Made by a program: the position numbers and the translations under genes. This document shows, in pieces, positions 19,997 to 29,730 of a DNA stretch of 53,986 nt. Source of the stretch: Polyangiaceae bacterium (GTDB lineage: Bacteria > Myxococcota_A > Polyangia > Polyangiales > Polyangiaceae); contig JANRKO010000005.1 in NCBI GenBank assembly GCA_033763455.1, positions 1 through 53,986 of the forward strand, in the 5' to 3' direction. The notes under the pieces are model-generated. The model saw nothing but the letters and a program-made list of their open reading frames with translations, was not told the origin of the DNA and did not search any database. How positions within the stretch are numbered: position 1 is the stretch's first letter; each line of letters starts with the position of its first letter.

Positions 19997-20110
19997 TTCT
20001 TGCGACGAGCCCCAGCAACGGCTTTGCGCAACTTGGCCTTCGTAAGCCTTTCGGACCGGGCCGCCGTGCTGGCTGCCGTAAGGAGCGGCCGAGGCGCGCG
20101 CTGCGCGTTA
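19993..20110 (-). pseudogene. Remnant of the cognate antitoxin C-terminus
   Basis: Frameshifted LTKAKLRKAVA / ARRKK* with an ATGA overlap onto the PIN start. Confidence 0.4.
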
Positions 20111-20294
20111 CGAGGATTCCGTCCTTCGCAACACCGCTATCGAAGACGCCTTTGAGTCGCTGCTTCCACCGACGATCCTTGTGCAGCTCATCAAGCACGG
20201 GCCCCGACCCTCGCCGGTGGCCACTCAGGAACGCCATCTTGCCCGAAACCAGGGCGTCCACCCGAATATAGGCCTCCGGATAGCGTGCTTCCAT

Positions 20295-20362
20295 CCTGTC
20301 CAGTTATCACTCAACTAACAATTGGTCGGGGCTAGCTATCAAATGACTGATAACTGGACAGG
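20295..20362. repeat. 19-bp inverted repeat (1 mismatch) with a 30-bp spacer
   Basis: cctgtccagttatcactca (20295-20313) versus tgactgataactggacagg (20344-20362). Confidence 0.85.
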
Positions 20363-20456
20363 CCTAGATAGGCAACTTAGGCAACATTGAACCGCAACGG
20401 ATAAGGTATGAAATCTAACCCGCACTGCGTGGCATTTTCGAACGACTTATCCAACG

Positions 20457-20523
20457 TGTCGCAGAAGAGGAAATAGACTGTCGCGGATCCGGAGTTGTCC
20501 GGATCGAGCCTGTGCGCCACCAT
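20457..20523 (+). promoter_or_regulatory. Putative XylR-type direct-repeat operator abutting a sigma70-like promoter TTGTCC-N17-CACCAT
   Basis: tgtcgcagaagagga-aatagac-tgtcgcggatccgga, then 1 nt, then the -35 box; same architecture as 25982-26047. Confidence 0.6.
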
Positions 20524-20616
20524 ATCTCCGCGGAGATGGTGTTTCGGATTCTCGACATGAGAATCAACGCTAAGCTATCGCCGTGCAAGATCGGCATGCA
20601 ACCTTGAGTTAACACG

Positions 20617-21525
20617 ATGAACCTCGATCACAAATGCGCACTTCTCTGCGGTTTAGCCGTATTCTGCGGCGCCTGCGCCAGCGCACCGAGCGGAACGCAG
20701 AGTGGCTCCACCTCCGAAGGCGGCTCGAACGTGGTGACAATGCCGACAACCACTGCGACGCCAACGACCACGGCGACGCCAACGACCACTGCGATGCCAA
20801 CGACCACTGCGATGCCAACAACCACTGCGATGCCGACAACCACTGCGACGGCAGTGCCTAGGGCGCCATGCCCACCGCCAGCAGCCGTGTGCGAGGACTT
20901 CGAGACCGGCACTATTGATACCAGCGTTTGGGAGGTGCGTGCTCCCAATGCGACCCTTGAGGTAGTCCAGGACCGAGTAGCGCACGGCAAGTATGCGATG
21001 CATACGCACACGACTCAAGCCTCTAACAGCCAGGCTCAGTTGGTGCAGACACGCTTTCTGGGGAGTAATTTCTACGGGCGCGTTTATGCCTATTTCGAGG
21101 TGAAGCCCCGGAACATCAACGGCGGGATCTTTGAGGGGCTTGGCTACCTCAACGGTGATCAAACTGCCATCAGCATTGCCACCAATAGCCAGCGGCTCTT
21201 TATTCTGTATTTCCGCAATAATCCATTCTTGGATACTATGAGCCCGGCAAGTCAAACCGTGCCTGTAGGTAAGTGGTTTTGCCTCGAATGGAACGTGCGG
21301 CCCGTTGAGGGAACCAACAATCACATCTGGATCGACGGCGTAGAGGTTGCTGGCTTGGTCCGTGGCGGCACCTTGGCTAAAGAGCCCAGCGGGACCTTTA
21401 AAGTGGATCCATTCTCTGAGGCGCGAATTGGTTGGTCACACAGCGCACACAATGATCCAGACCCGTTCACCGATATTTGGTTTGACGACATCGCGTTCGG
21501 GCCCGAGCGAATTGGTTGCCTCTAA
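20617..21525 (+). CDS. Lipoprotein with a Thr/Pro repeat linker and a Cip1-like/polysaccharide-lyase-like jellyroll domain
   Basis: Lipobox FCGAC; (M/T)PTTTA x6; CEDFE.G, AHGKYAMH, YGRVYAY, PVGKWFCLEW, IWIDG, IWFDDIAFGPERIGC. Confidence 0.75.
   Translation: MNLDHKCALLCGLAVFCGACASAPSGTQSGSTSEGGSNVVTMPTTTATPTTTATPTTTAMPTTTAMPTTTAMPTTTATAVPRAPCPPPAAVCEDFETGTIDTSVWEVRAPNATLEVVQDRVAHGKYAMHTHTTQASNSQAQLVQTRFLGSNFYGRVYAYFEVKPRNINGGIFEGLGYLNGDQTAISIATNSQRLFILYFRNNPFLDTMSPASQTVPVGKWFCLEWNVRPVEGTNNHIWIDGVEVAGLVRGGTLAKEPSGTFKVDPFSEARIGWSHSAHNDPDPFTDIWFDDIAFGPERIGCL
20740..20847 (+). repeat. Coding 18-bp tandem repeat x6 encoding (M/T)PTTTA
   Basis: Read directly. Confidence 0.9.
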
Positions 21526-21565
21526 TCGACAGCTGGGATCGCTCGATCGGAAAGATGCGGTTGCT

Positions 21566-22708
21566 TTAGCCGACCTCAGGCCGCGCGAGCTGGCGATGCT
21601 CCCGAGGTGTGCGCCCCGTGGTACGTCGGAACACCTCGGCCATGCGCTTGCTCAAGTGAAAGCCGCAGCGCTTGGCAACCGTCGCCATGTTTTGGTCCGT
21701 GTCCGCGAGCAAGCGCTGAGCCTCTTCGACTCGAAATCGAACCCAGGCTTCTGCCGGAGCAAGCCCGAGGCACTCGCGAAAGCGGCGTTCGAGCGTGCGC
21801 CGAGAAACCTTGAAATGTTGGCTCACCGCTTCCAGCCCCTCTTTGTCTACCAGGTGTGTCTTCATGTAACGAAGTGCCTCCTGCACCAAGGGATCGGGTG
21901 CTGAAACCGCGTCGGTGGAACGCCTGCTCACCACACGTACGGGAGGTACCTTGATGCTGAGGCTTGCCGGTGCTTCACCCCGCATGAGTTGGTCGAGAAG
22001 GTGTGCCGCTTCGTAGCCGACGCTTTGTGCGGCTGTCTGAACGCTGCTAAGGGGTGGATCCGCCAGGCAACACAAGGAGTCCGTATTGTCGATTCCGAGC
22101 ACGGCGACCTCTTCGGGAACGCGCAAGCCCCACTCCCGGCAACGTTCCACAACTCCCGAGGCCCGGGCATCGCCATCGCACAACAACGCGACCGGTTTTG
22201 GCAGTTGCACTAGCCACTCAACCAACTCTCGGTAATTGGCTTCTATCGAAGTTGGGCTTCCAGCAATGAGGTTTGCCCACTTCGCCGCGCAGCTGAAACC
22301 GGCCTTCTTGAGTCGAGAAGAAAACCCGAGATGGCGAGGATCCTCGAAATCTGTTGGGTGCCCCGAGTACGCGAAGCGCGTGTGGCCGCGATTCAGAAAG
22401 TGCTCGGCCGCCAGCTCTCCGACCTTAACGTTGTCGTTGCACACTTGGCCCATCCCCATTGGTGGAGTCAGATTGTCGATGTTGACGGCGCTAATCCCAG
22501 AACCGACAACGAGCTTCAGAGCGAGCGGATCTCTGGTGCGCAGCAGAATGCCAGAGGGCTTCTTGGCTATCAGCGCGGCGAGGCCTTCGAGGGGCGGCCA
22601 CACGGCCTCGAATATCCACGGCTTGTGGGGGCGAGCGTAGGCCGCAATTCCTAACAGCAGCCCGTTTTCGTAGCCACGCCGGTTATCGATGCAAAGTCCG
22701 ATGAGCAC
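21566..22708 (-). CDS. XylR-family transcriptional regulator (periplasmic-binding-like sensor plus AraC HTH)
   Basis: LLGIAAYAR, AAEHFLNRGHTRFAY, LPKPVALL, VPEEVAVLGIDN, PPLSSV, VSRRTLERRF, TPREHR. Confidence 0.9.
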   Translation of the reverse strand: MLIGLCIDNRRGYENGLLLGIAAYARPHKPWIFEAVWPPLEGLAALIAKKPSGILLRTRDPLALKLVVGSGISAVNIDNLTPPMGMGQVCNDNVKVGELAAEHFLNRGHTRFAYSGHPTDFEDPRHLGFSSRLKKAGFSCAAKWANLIAGSPTSIEANYRELVEWLVQLPKPVALLCDGDARASGVVERCREWGLRVPEEVAVLGIDNTDSLCCLADPPLSSVQTAAQSVGYEAAHLLDQLMRGEAPASLSIKVPPVRVVSRRSTDAVSAPDPLVQEALRYMKTHLVDKEGLEAVSQHFKVSRRTLERRFRECLGLAPAEAWVRFRVEEAQRLLADTDQNMATVAKRCGFHLSKRMAEVFRRTTGRTPREHRQLARPEVG

Positions 22709-22787
22709 CCTAAAACTGTACTACCAGAGTCGACTCCAGGCAGCTTATCCGATCCCATCCATTCCTATCCGGCGAACCCAGCGAGCG

Positions 22788-24074
22788 TTACGAAAGTGAA
22801 ATCAGCGCGGCTCCGCCCTCATCGCCCGGAAACTCATGGTCCACACCCAGGGCATTGGCGATGCTTCTGAGCGCTCGAACATGCGGAGCCTGACCGTAGC
22901 CGATCCGCCGACCCCCCGCACGCACGCCGCCTCCGGCACGCCCCACGGTGGCTAAGATCCCCGGGTTGGAATTGTGATCTCCCCCCGATGCCAACTCCGA
23001 GGTGAGGAATACGAGCGTGTTGTCCAGCATGGTTCCCGAACCTTCTGGAGTAGCTTGGAGGCGTTTTACGAAGGCGGCGTACTGATCGAAGAAGTAGGTG
23101 TTTACGGTGTCGACGTCAGGCGAAAAGTTGTGCTCCAGCGCGTGATGATCCGCGGAGACTCCGAGCCACGGGAAAGTGATGCTTTGGCACCCTGATTTAA
23201 GGATCTGGCTGGTTGCGACGCGCGAGAGATCACACGCGAGCGCTTGATACATCAAGTCAAGCTGCTGCGTGAGGATCACAGGCAGATCGCTAGAGGCTTC
23301 AGGCGAGGTGGGAGCTTTGCAGCCTACACTCGGAGTCGCTCCTACCACGCCGCCGCCGGGGAACGTACCGCCCGTCATGGTTGTGGGGATTTGTTTTTCT
23401 AGCTCACTCAGAGACGTCAAGTGCTGATCGAGCTTCTGTTGTTCCTTAGTACTGGCGAGCTGCTTGATAAGCTGTACTTCACCCTTAAGATGATCCAAGA
23501 GTGCGCGGCGCCGGGCTCCCGTGTCTACTGCTGGGGGTGCGGTAGCCGTGCCAGTCGTTGTGGGAGCCGGAGTGGGGAGGCTGCCGCCGAACAATCGATT
23601 GAACATGACCGCGGGCTCGTCCACTGCAGGCGCCGTAGTGTTGTCCCGGCCGGTGGAGGCTGGGGCTCCAGTAAAGACTCCAAATTGCAGGGAGGAGAAC
23701 TTCACCGTGGCACCCAGCTTTGGGCCGACCACGGCGTCGATCGACGTAGGGCCGGAACCGGACAGGACGGACGCCGTTGACTCGCTGTGAGGCGCGGCGC
23801 CGCCACAGCACTGCTCGTTCCATGTGTCATCCAAGAAGAGCATCTCCGACTCCAACGATGCGAACGACTTCAAGGTGGTGTCGAAACCAAAGTTGCCCGC
23901 ATCCCCGCTGACCTTGTGATAGACGCCGCCCGGTACTGTTAGGACCACAAAGCGCAGGGGAAATGCGCTGGGTTGGGCCTCCGCAAACGTGTCGCGAAAC
24001 ACCGGCTGCGCTAGGAATGCCGCCGCTCCGAGCGTTCGGAGAAGGTCGCGCCGCTTCATGATTGAGTTTGCCAT
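22788..24074 (-). CDS. DUF1552 Tat-exported protein, copy 2
   Basis: KRRDLLR; PLRFVVL, SIDA, SSLQFGV, ALACDLSRVAT, DHHALEH, EGSGTMLDNT, GGDH. Confidence 0.9.
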   Translation of the reverse strand: MANSIMKRRDLLRTLGAAAFLAQPVFRDTFAEAQPSAFPLRFVVLTVPGGVYHKVSGDAGNFGFDTTLKSFASLESEMLFLDDTWNEQCCGGAAPHSESTASVLSGSGPTSIDAVVGPKLGATVKFSSLQFGVFTGAPASTGRDNTTAPAVDEPAVMFNRLFGGSLPTPAPTTTGTATAPPAVDTGARRRALLDHLKGEVQLIKQLASTKEQQKLDQHLTSLSELEKQIPTTMTGGTFPGGGVVGATPSVGCKAPTSPEASSDLPVILTQQLDLMYQALACDLSRVATSQILKSGCQSITFPWLGVSADHHALEHNFSPDVDTVNTYFFDQYAAFVKRLQATPEGSGTMLDNTLVFLTSELASGGDHNSNPGILATVGRAGGGVRAGGRRIGYGQAPHVRALRSIANALGVDHEFPGDEGGAALISLS

Positions 24075-24125
24075 ACTGTGACCTGTTCTCTGGGGTGGAT
24101 CTAGAAGGCTCGGGGCTGAAGAACG

Positions 24126-25895
24126 TCAGCGGTCACTCCGCAAAGTGAAACCCTCTGAGCGAGCAATGCCCACGACGATTTCTCGGATGTCTGGACTGGC
24201 TTGTGTCATGCGGCTGGATATCGAGGAAAGCGCGCAGGCTTCGGTCGGAATGTCTTCTCGCCCATTGGCCCAGCGAAATACCTCTCGGGTGACGCAATCG
24301 CGCAACACTTGGCTATTGGCCAACCGTTGCGAGAACTCAACGCCGCCCACATACGGCCCATCAACCTCCGGTGAAACATTGATAATGGACCCTGAGGCAT
24401 CCACCGGTTTGCCATTTTCCATGCTCCGGAAGCCGCCCGCTGCGTCATAGTTCTCGAAACCAAAACCCAACGGATCGATCAAGGTGTGACAGCTGGCACA
24501 CGCTGACGAGGACGAATGTTGAGCAAACCGTTCGCGTGTGGTGAGAATCGTCGATGGGCCAGGCGCCTGAAACATCGCGTTGGCAGGAGGAGGCGGTAGC
24601 GAGCGGCACATCACGCGAGTTCGTAGGTACTTGCCGCGTGCTATGGGAAACGAATCGCCAGGCTTTGCGTGAGCCGCGAGGAATGCCGCCTGAGTCAAAA
24701 TCCCCGCACGCTCAGCGGGAGGAAGATCTGTTCGCTGGGGCGTGGCACCCGCGGGTGGTATCGGTGCACCGTAGTAGCTTCCTAGGGGACCGTTCACCTC
24801 CGACCAACTGGCGCTAAACAGAGTATAGATGGAACCGTTCGACGTGCTGAGTACTGCGTCGATGAAAGCGTCGGCCTCGTCAGCGATAGGCGTGCGCAGG
24901 TTTTCAAAGGCTGGAAAGAGCGTGGCGTCTTTGGGGACTTGGGTAGTGTCGCGCACCTGATCAATGCCGAGCCACTCCTCAACGAAGCCGCGGAGCCAAG
25001 TGCTGGCACGCGGCGTGGCGATGAGGCGCCGCACCTCGGCTTCGATGGCGTCAGGAGTCCCGAGAGCATTGTTGTCGGCTGCGAGGATCAGCGTCGCGTC
25101 CGGCATGCTCCCGGTCGTAAGATAGGAGATTTCGCTGGCGACCTCATACGGAGTGAGCACACGATCAAGCCCAGAGTTGCCAAGCTCCGTCTTGTACAGA
25201 AAGAAGGGCGACTGAAGCATCACTTCAGCCAAGTACCCAATCGAAGCGGCGTAGTCAGCGCGGGCCCTTTCTGCTGAGAATAACGCCGAGAACTTGGTTA
25301 GCTCGGTCGTGTCAATGGGTCTGCGATAGGCGCGCTTGCCAAAGCTGCTGATGAAGGCTTCGGCACACGCCAATTCCTCGGCACCAGTCGCGGCGGGAGC
25401 ACAAGGCGCTAGCGTTTGCACTTGGGCCACCACTTGTGCCGCCAACTTCGTTGCAGCACTTGAGTACTGTTCTGCCAAAATGGGTGGCACCACTAGCGTG
25501 GCCGAAAAATTCCGGAACGGCTGCGTCGGATCGACCTGGAACGAGCGACCCAAGGTTTCGGCTACGCCCAATAGATCCGCCACCGTGTTGTCGTACTCCG
25601 CGTGAGTTAATCTGCGCACGGCGAGTGATGATGCTGGGGGTTTGCATTGACCGTCTGGCGTGAGCCCAGAGGAATCCACTGGCACAGGTGGCGTAGCCAC
25701 TGGCGTCGTACCGGGCCCTGGCGTAACGCCTCCCGGGCTGGTCACCCCCGGCGCCCCTGGCATGTCAACGCCCGGGCCGGCGCTCGGAGTGTCCGCGCTT
25801 GCTCTCGAACTTCGCCCAGCGTCCGTACTGCAGCCACCACACGGCATCAAAAAGCTCATGAATACCAGGACATGCCTGCACCTAAATGACCGCAT
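24126..25895 (-). CDS. DUF1592-family PSD lipoprotein with CxxCH, copy 2
   Basis: RRLTHAEYDNTVADLLG, AYRRP, LQSPFFLYK, YEVASEISY, RAGILTQ, CASCH, DPLGFGFENYD. Confidence 0.9.
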   Translation of the reverse strand: MRSFRCRHVLVFMSFLMPCGGCSTDAGRSSRASADTPSAGPGVDMPGAPGVTSPGGVTPGPGTTPVATPPVPVDSSGLTPDGQCKPPASSLAVRRLTHAEYDNTVADLLGVAETLGRSFQVDPTQPFRNFSATLVVPPILAEQYSSAATKLAAQVVAQVQTLAPCAPAATGAEELACAEAFISSFGKRAYRRPIDTTELTKFSALFSAERARADYAASIGYLAEVMLQSPFFLYKTELGNSGLDRVLTPYEVASEISYLTTGSMPDATLILAADNNALGTPDAIEAEVRRLIATPRASTWLRGFVEEWLGIDQVRDTTQVPKDATLFPAFENLRTPIADEADAFIDAVLSTSNGSIYTLFSASWSEVNGPLGSYYGAPIPPAGATPQRTDLPPAERAGILTQAAFLAAHAKPGDSFPIARGKYLRTRVMCRSLPPPPANAMFQAPGPSTILTTRERFAQHSSSSACASCHTLIDPLGFGFENYDAAGGFRSMENGKPVDASGSIINVSPEVDGPYVGGVEFSQRLANSQVLRDCVTREVFRWANGREDIPTEACALSSISSRMTQASPDIREIVVGIARSEGFTLRSDR

Positions 25896-25981
25896 GAGAG
25901 GCTCCTCCGCCGGTTGCAGACGCGTGAGTTCGTCGCTGCACGGCAGTTTCGAAATGGGCTCAGCAACCCAAGTTCACGATT

Positions 25982-26047
25982 ACTGTACGGAGCGTACCCA
26001 TCGGCCTCAAGTCCTTCTTTGGGACGTCAATTTCCGATTTTACGACA
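25982..26047 (-). promoter_or_regulatory. Putative XylR-type operator plus sigma70-like promoter TTGAGG-N17-TACAGT for DUF1592/DUF1552 copy 2
   Basis: Minus strand reads tgtcgtaaaatcgga-aattga-cgtcccaaagaagga-c-TTGAGG-N17-TACAGT. Confidence 0.6.
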
Positions 26048-26091
26048 TGCGGCGGAGGTAGAGGCGTTCGACCTTCAAGCGCAGCACCTCC

Positions 26092-26583
26092 CTACTCAAG
26101 GCTGGCACGTATATCGGCCAAGGTGACCATGACGATCGTGGGATGAAGCGGGGACGGGTCAAAGCCGAGACGTCGATAGAATTCTGCGACGTCCGTTGAA
26201 AGCGCATGCACGAGAAGCCCGCGAATTCCGATGGTTTCCGCGGCGTGAAGCACCCGCCTGGCAGCATCTTGAAAGAGGGCACGACCAATCCCCCTTCCCT
26301 GGTAAGAAGTTGCTACCGCGAGCCGCGCTGACACCACCACGGGGATTGGATCCGGCATGTTGCGACGAAAACGTCCCCCGACGGAGGCCACCGCGATAGC
26401 GCTTGAGGCCAATGAGTAATAGGCCACGACTCCGCTCGCGTCCGAAGCAACGAACGTTCGGGACGCTCCGCTCACCTGGTTCGCCTTTGCACGTCGCTTG
26501 AGCCAATCGTCCAGTGAAGGCTCCCCAGAGAAGAAAGCGTCCACTTGGTGGTGCGAAGCCAACGGCTCCGGCGCGCTCAACAT
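26092..26583 (-). CDS. GNAT acetyltransferase toxin (TacT/AtaT-like)
   Basis: F.SGEPSLDDWLKRRA, RRNMPDPIPVV..RLAV..YQGRGIG, LVHAL....AEFY..LGF. Confidence 0.9.
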   Translation of the reverse strand: MLSAPEPLASHHQVDAFFSGEPSLDDWLKRRAKANQVSGASRTFVASDASGVVAYYSLASSAIAVASVGGRFRRNMPDPIPVVVSARLAVATSYQGRGIGRALFQDAARRVLHAAETIGIRGLLVHALSTDVAEFYRRLGFDPSPLHPTIVMVTLADIRASLE

Positions 26584-26871
26584 CTACTTCTTCCAGGGTG
26601 ACGGCATGCGCAGGGCACGACGCAGCCGCGCGTTGGGTTTCGCGGGCGCGTCCAGTCGGGCGATGAACTCCGAATAGCCTCGTGCTCCAACCGAAATGAG
26701 CGCCCGATCTAGTAAGGTGTCCTCAGCGGCGTGGCGCGCGGCCGCTAGAATGAAATCGGTCCGATTGGTGCCCCGTGCTTCTGCGGCACGATCGATCAGA
26801 TTGCGCTCTTCCCTTCGGATCCGAAGATTGAGCGTTTCGCGAGGGGGGGCCTTCTTAGCGGCGGCTGTCAT
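26584..26871 (-). CDS. DUF1778 RHH antitoxin (TacA-like)
   Basis: LNLRI..EERNLIDRAA...NRTDFIL.AA...AE..L ... F.ARLDAPAKPNARL; abuts the GNAT gene. Confidence 0.9.
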   Translation of the reverse strand: MTAAAKKAPPRETLNLRIRREERNLIDRAAEARGTNRTDFILAAARHAAEDTLLDRALISVGARGYSEFIARLDAPAKPNARLRRALRMPSPWKK

Positions 26872-26898
26872 GGCTCTTGACCAAAGCTAGCACCTCGC

Positions 26899-26913
26899 AA
26901 TGACGTTGTCATT
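26899..26913. promoter_or_regulatory. Palindromic TA operator AATGAC-gtt-GTCATT
   Basis: Inverted repeat ~28 nt upstream of the DUF1778 start. Confidence 0.6.
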
Positions 26914-27057
26914 ACGCCCACCAGCAACAACATCGGACATTGGCGGAAGGACGAGCAAAATCGAGCGAGGCTCTGCCCGTTGATTGAGCGACCTAAGCGC
27001 CTAGGCAGCCGGGAGATCCCACTAGGATCTGCGCCAGAATGTGGCAAGCTCAGTCTG

Positions 27058-27873
27058 ATGTCCAGCTCTTGGCTAGTCCTTGGGTGCGCCCTTGCGGGGA
27101 GCGGAGCCTGGTCGTGTGGTGTCAACGAACTACAGACATTTGAGACAGGCCCTGCAAGCGCCCCGACGGCCGTCAAGGCGAGTTTGCCGACAGGAACATG
27201 CAGCCGCGTGGAGCCTGAATCCGATACCGTTTCGCTGTTCTCCTTCGAAGATTTTGCCGCCGGCGCGGTCCGAGATGAGATGGGGCACGCTGCCTTGGGC
27301 AACGTTATCGGGAGTGCAGTCGCTAAAGTTCAAGGGCCAGGAGGTTGCGGTCAGGCGCTCGCGTTTGGCGCGGAGAACTCGGATTCGTACTTGACTGTAC
27401 CCAACACGCCACTCTGGGATCTCAGCGAAGGCTCCCTCGATTTTTGGCTTCGCCCAGAGGCTTGTTTACCTGATTGGCATCTAGGGCAAGGCATCGTGGG
27501 TCGGGATGCTTCTTTTCAGGAGCTTCCCGGCCAAATGCGCATGCTTATCAAGGGTGGCTGCAAGCTCGAGGTGCGCGTGCAAGGAGGCGGCGCTGAGCAA
27601 TGCCTGCTCTTGCACCCGGACAGCTTGCCATTGGGCGTCTGGACTCACGTGGGGCTAAATTTTGGAGGAGGTTCGTTCGATCTTGAGATAAATGGAACGA
27701 GCGTTTACTGCTCCGGGAATTGGTCGCTCGCGGGTAATGCAAATCGCCTAATTATTGGAGGTAACCCGGAGTGGTCTTCGGAAATCAACACCTTGCCGAT
27801 CCAGTTCACTGCGCAGAGTGTAGCTATCGATGAAGTCCGTATTAGCTCGGCGCGTCGTACGCATTGGTACTGA
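27058..27873 (+). CDS. LamG/concanavalin A-like jellyroll lipoprotein
   Basis: Likely start 27058; lipobox-like GAWSC; LFSFED, ALAFG, GSLDFWLRP, WTHVGLNFG, IDEVRISS. Confidence 0.78.
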   Translation: MSSSWLVLGCALAGSGAWSCGVNELQTFETGPASAPTAVKASLPTGTCSRVEPESDTVSLFSFEDFAAGAVRDEMGHAALGNVIGSAVAKVQGPGGCGQALAFGAENSDSYLTVPNTPLWDLSEGSLDFWLRPEACLPDWHLGQGIVGRDASFQELPGQMRMLIKGGCKLEVRVQGGGAEQCLLLHPDSLPLGVWTHVGLNFGGGSFDLEINGTSVYCSGNWSLAGNANRLIIGGNPEWSSEINTLPIQFTAQSVAIDEVRISSARRTHWY

Positions 27874-27924
27874 ACACGCACCAGTGCTACGTACGCGACA
27901 TACCGAGCACGCACGGGCACTGAG

Positions 27925-29730
27925 TTAGAGGGCCCCGCACAGCGTCCGAAATGCGGGCTCTAACGCCGTGTTAACGAGCTGCTCACGGAGTGAAAAGTTG
28001 GAGGCAGCAAACGACGTAACGAGCGCTTGTTTCGCTGGATTGTGCGCTTGATTCAACGGCCTGGCGAGCGCATAAGTCAAAAGCTTCTCGCTGATGCACG
28101 CGGGGAACCGGGGATCGGCCTTTAAAAGCTGGATAAGCCCCTGGTGCCCATCGAAGGCAACTCCTGAAATTTCTCCGCTCGCGTCGATGGGCTGCCCATT
28201 GTCGACCTCGCGATAGCGGCCAACAGCGTCAAAGTTCTCCAGACCAAAACCTATCGGATCCAACAAGCTGTGACAGCCAGCACAGGCTGGAGCCGCGCGG
28301 TGCTGTTCGGCGAGAGCTCTCAGAGAAAGGCCAGAGCCATTCTGGACCTCGGGTAAGGGAGGAACGTTAGCAGGGGGTGGCGGTGGCTCGCTACAGAGAA
28401 GGGCGCTGAGGACCCATTTACCGCGCTTTACAGGAGAAGTGCGCGTGGAAGCAGAGGTGATCGACAGCACACTTGCTTGGGCCAATAGGCCAGCCCCGCG
28501 AGTTGCATTGGCAGGCACGCTCACCAGCGTAGCGGATCCAGGCACGGTCACTTGATAGTGCTGGGCGAGTTCGTCGTTGAGAAACGTGAAATTCGTTCCG
28601 AGAAGGTCGAGCGCGTTCTTTGGTTCTAGGAGAAAGCTCTGGAAGAAGAGCATGGATTCCTGGCGCATTGCCTGCTTAAGCATCGGAGATATCGTCCCAA
28701 AAACCTTGGGATCTGGATTGATACCCCCCACGTTGTAGAGGCCGAGCCATTCGGAGGCGAAACTGTCGACCAACGCGTTAGCTTTAGGGTCGGCGAGCAT
28801 TCTCCGCACCTCACTCTCGATTCCGGCCGTTGTCGCAAGCTTTCCCGATTCCGCCGCGGTAAGGAGCGTGGCGTCGGGAGTGCTCGCCCAAAGCGAATAC
28901 GAAATTCGCCCTGCCAAACTGATATCGTCGAGCTTGACGCCATCGGGCGAGGTGTCCACTCGGAAGACGAACTCTGGGGCCAGGAGCACCGCTGTGAGAG
29001 TTGCCTGAAAAGCCTCATCCAAACTATTGCCGAGGGCGGCCTGATTATCAAAGAAGGCTAGTAGGCCCTGCTGCTCACTAGCGGTGAGAGCGCGGCGCCA
29101 AGCCTGACGGCCCACACGGGCAACTTCCTGAGCAACGCAGTCTCGCGTCGTGCAACTGGTGAATTGTCCGCGACTGAAAGCACCGGCAACCACGCTCCGA
29201 GCGGCGAGCTCCATCTGCTCCACGTGAATAAGTGAGACAGACGCGTTTTCGATGTTGTTGGCAAACCCTCCGCCGATAACGTCAGCTGGGAATGCGTTAC
29301 CAGGTTGGCTGGTGTCACCCGCGATGTCTCGCACGGTGTTGTTATATTCGGCGCGGGTGAGCCGCCTGAGTGTGTAGCCGTTGGGGCCGCACGCCGTAAC
29401 CGCACCCGACGCGGAATTATTGCCACCACTGCCGCTACTAGCTCCGCCAGTAACGCTCCCGTTTGGACTGCCCCCCACCCCACTCGCGAACGCCCCGCCC
29501 ATGCCACTTTCGCTGACCTGGCTATTGCCACCTCCTAAAGCTGTGCCTTCCATGCTCGAATTCGCCGCCGAGCCGCGTGCTCCACTTTGCTGAGCGCAGC
29601 CGAACACCAATGCCGCGCCCACGCTGAGCACAAAGATCGACCATGCGCAGCTCCTCGGCCCAATATGCACCAACCGGGGCCCCTCACACAGCTTCAACCA
29701 ACCGCTAAACGCTCCCTTGCGCCTTTTCAT
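27925..29730 (-). CDS. DUF1592-family PSD lipoprotein with CxxCH, copy 3
   Basis: Lipobox LVFGC; RRLTRAEYNNTVRD, PEFVFR, RISYSLW.S.PD, RTSPVKRGKW, CAGCH, GFGLENFDAVG. ATGA-type overlap with the DUF1552 gene. Confidence 0.9.
   Translation of the reverse strand: MKRRKGAFSGWLKLCEGPRLVHIGPRSCAWSIFVLSVGAALVFGCAQQSGARGSAANSSMEGTALGGGNSQVSESGMGGAFASGVGGSPNGSVTGGASSGSGGNNSASGAVTACGPNGYTLRRLTRAEYNNTVRDIAGDTSQPGNAFPADVIGGGFANNIENASVSLIHVEQMELAARSVVAGAFSRGQFTSCTTRDCVAQEVARVGRQAWRRALTASEQQGLLAFFDNQAALGNSLDEAFQATLTAVLLAPEFVFRVDTSPDGVKLDDISLAGRISYSLWASTPDATLLTAAESGKLATTAGIESEVRRMLADPKANALVDSFASEWLGLYNVGGINPDPKVFGTISPMLKQAMRQESMLFFQSFLLEPKNALDLLGTNFTFLNDELAQHYQVTVPGSATLVSVPANATRGAGLLAQASVLSITSASTRTSPVKRGKWVLSALLCSEPPPPPANVPPLPEVQNGSGLSLRALAEQHRAAPACAGCHSLLDPIGFGLENFDAVGRYREVDNGQPIDASGEISGVAFDGHQGLIQLLKADPRFPACISEKLLTYALARPLNQAHNPAKQALVTSFAASNFSLREQLVNTALEPAFRTLCGAL

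Noticed and set aside
20740..20847. 18-bp tandem repeats as a possible CRISPR array
   Set aside because: No spacers, in-frame within a CDS (PTTTA linker), and no cas genes.
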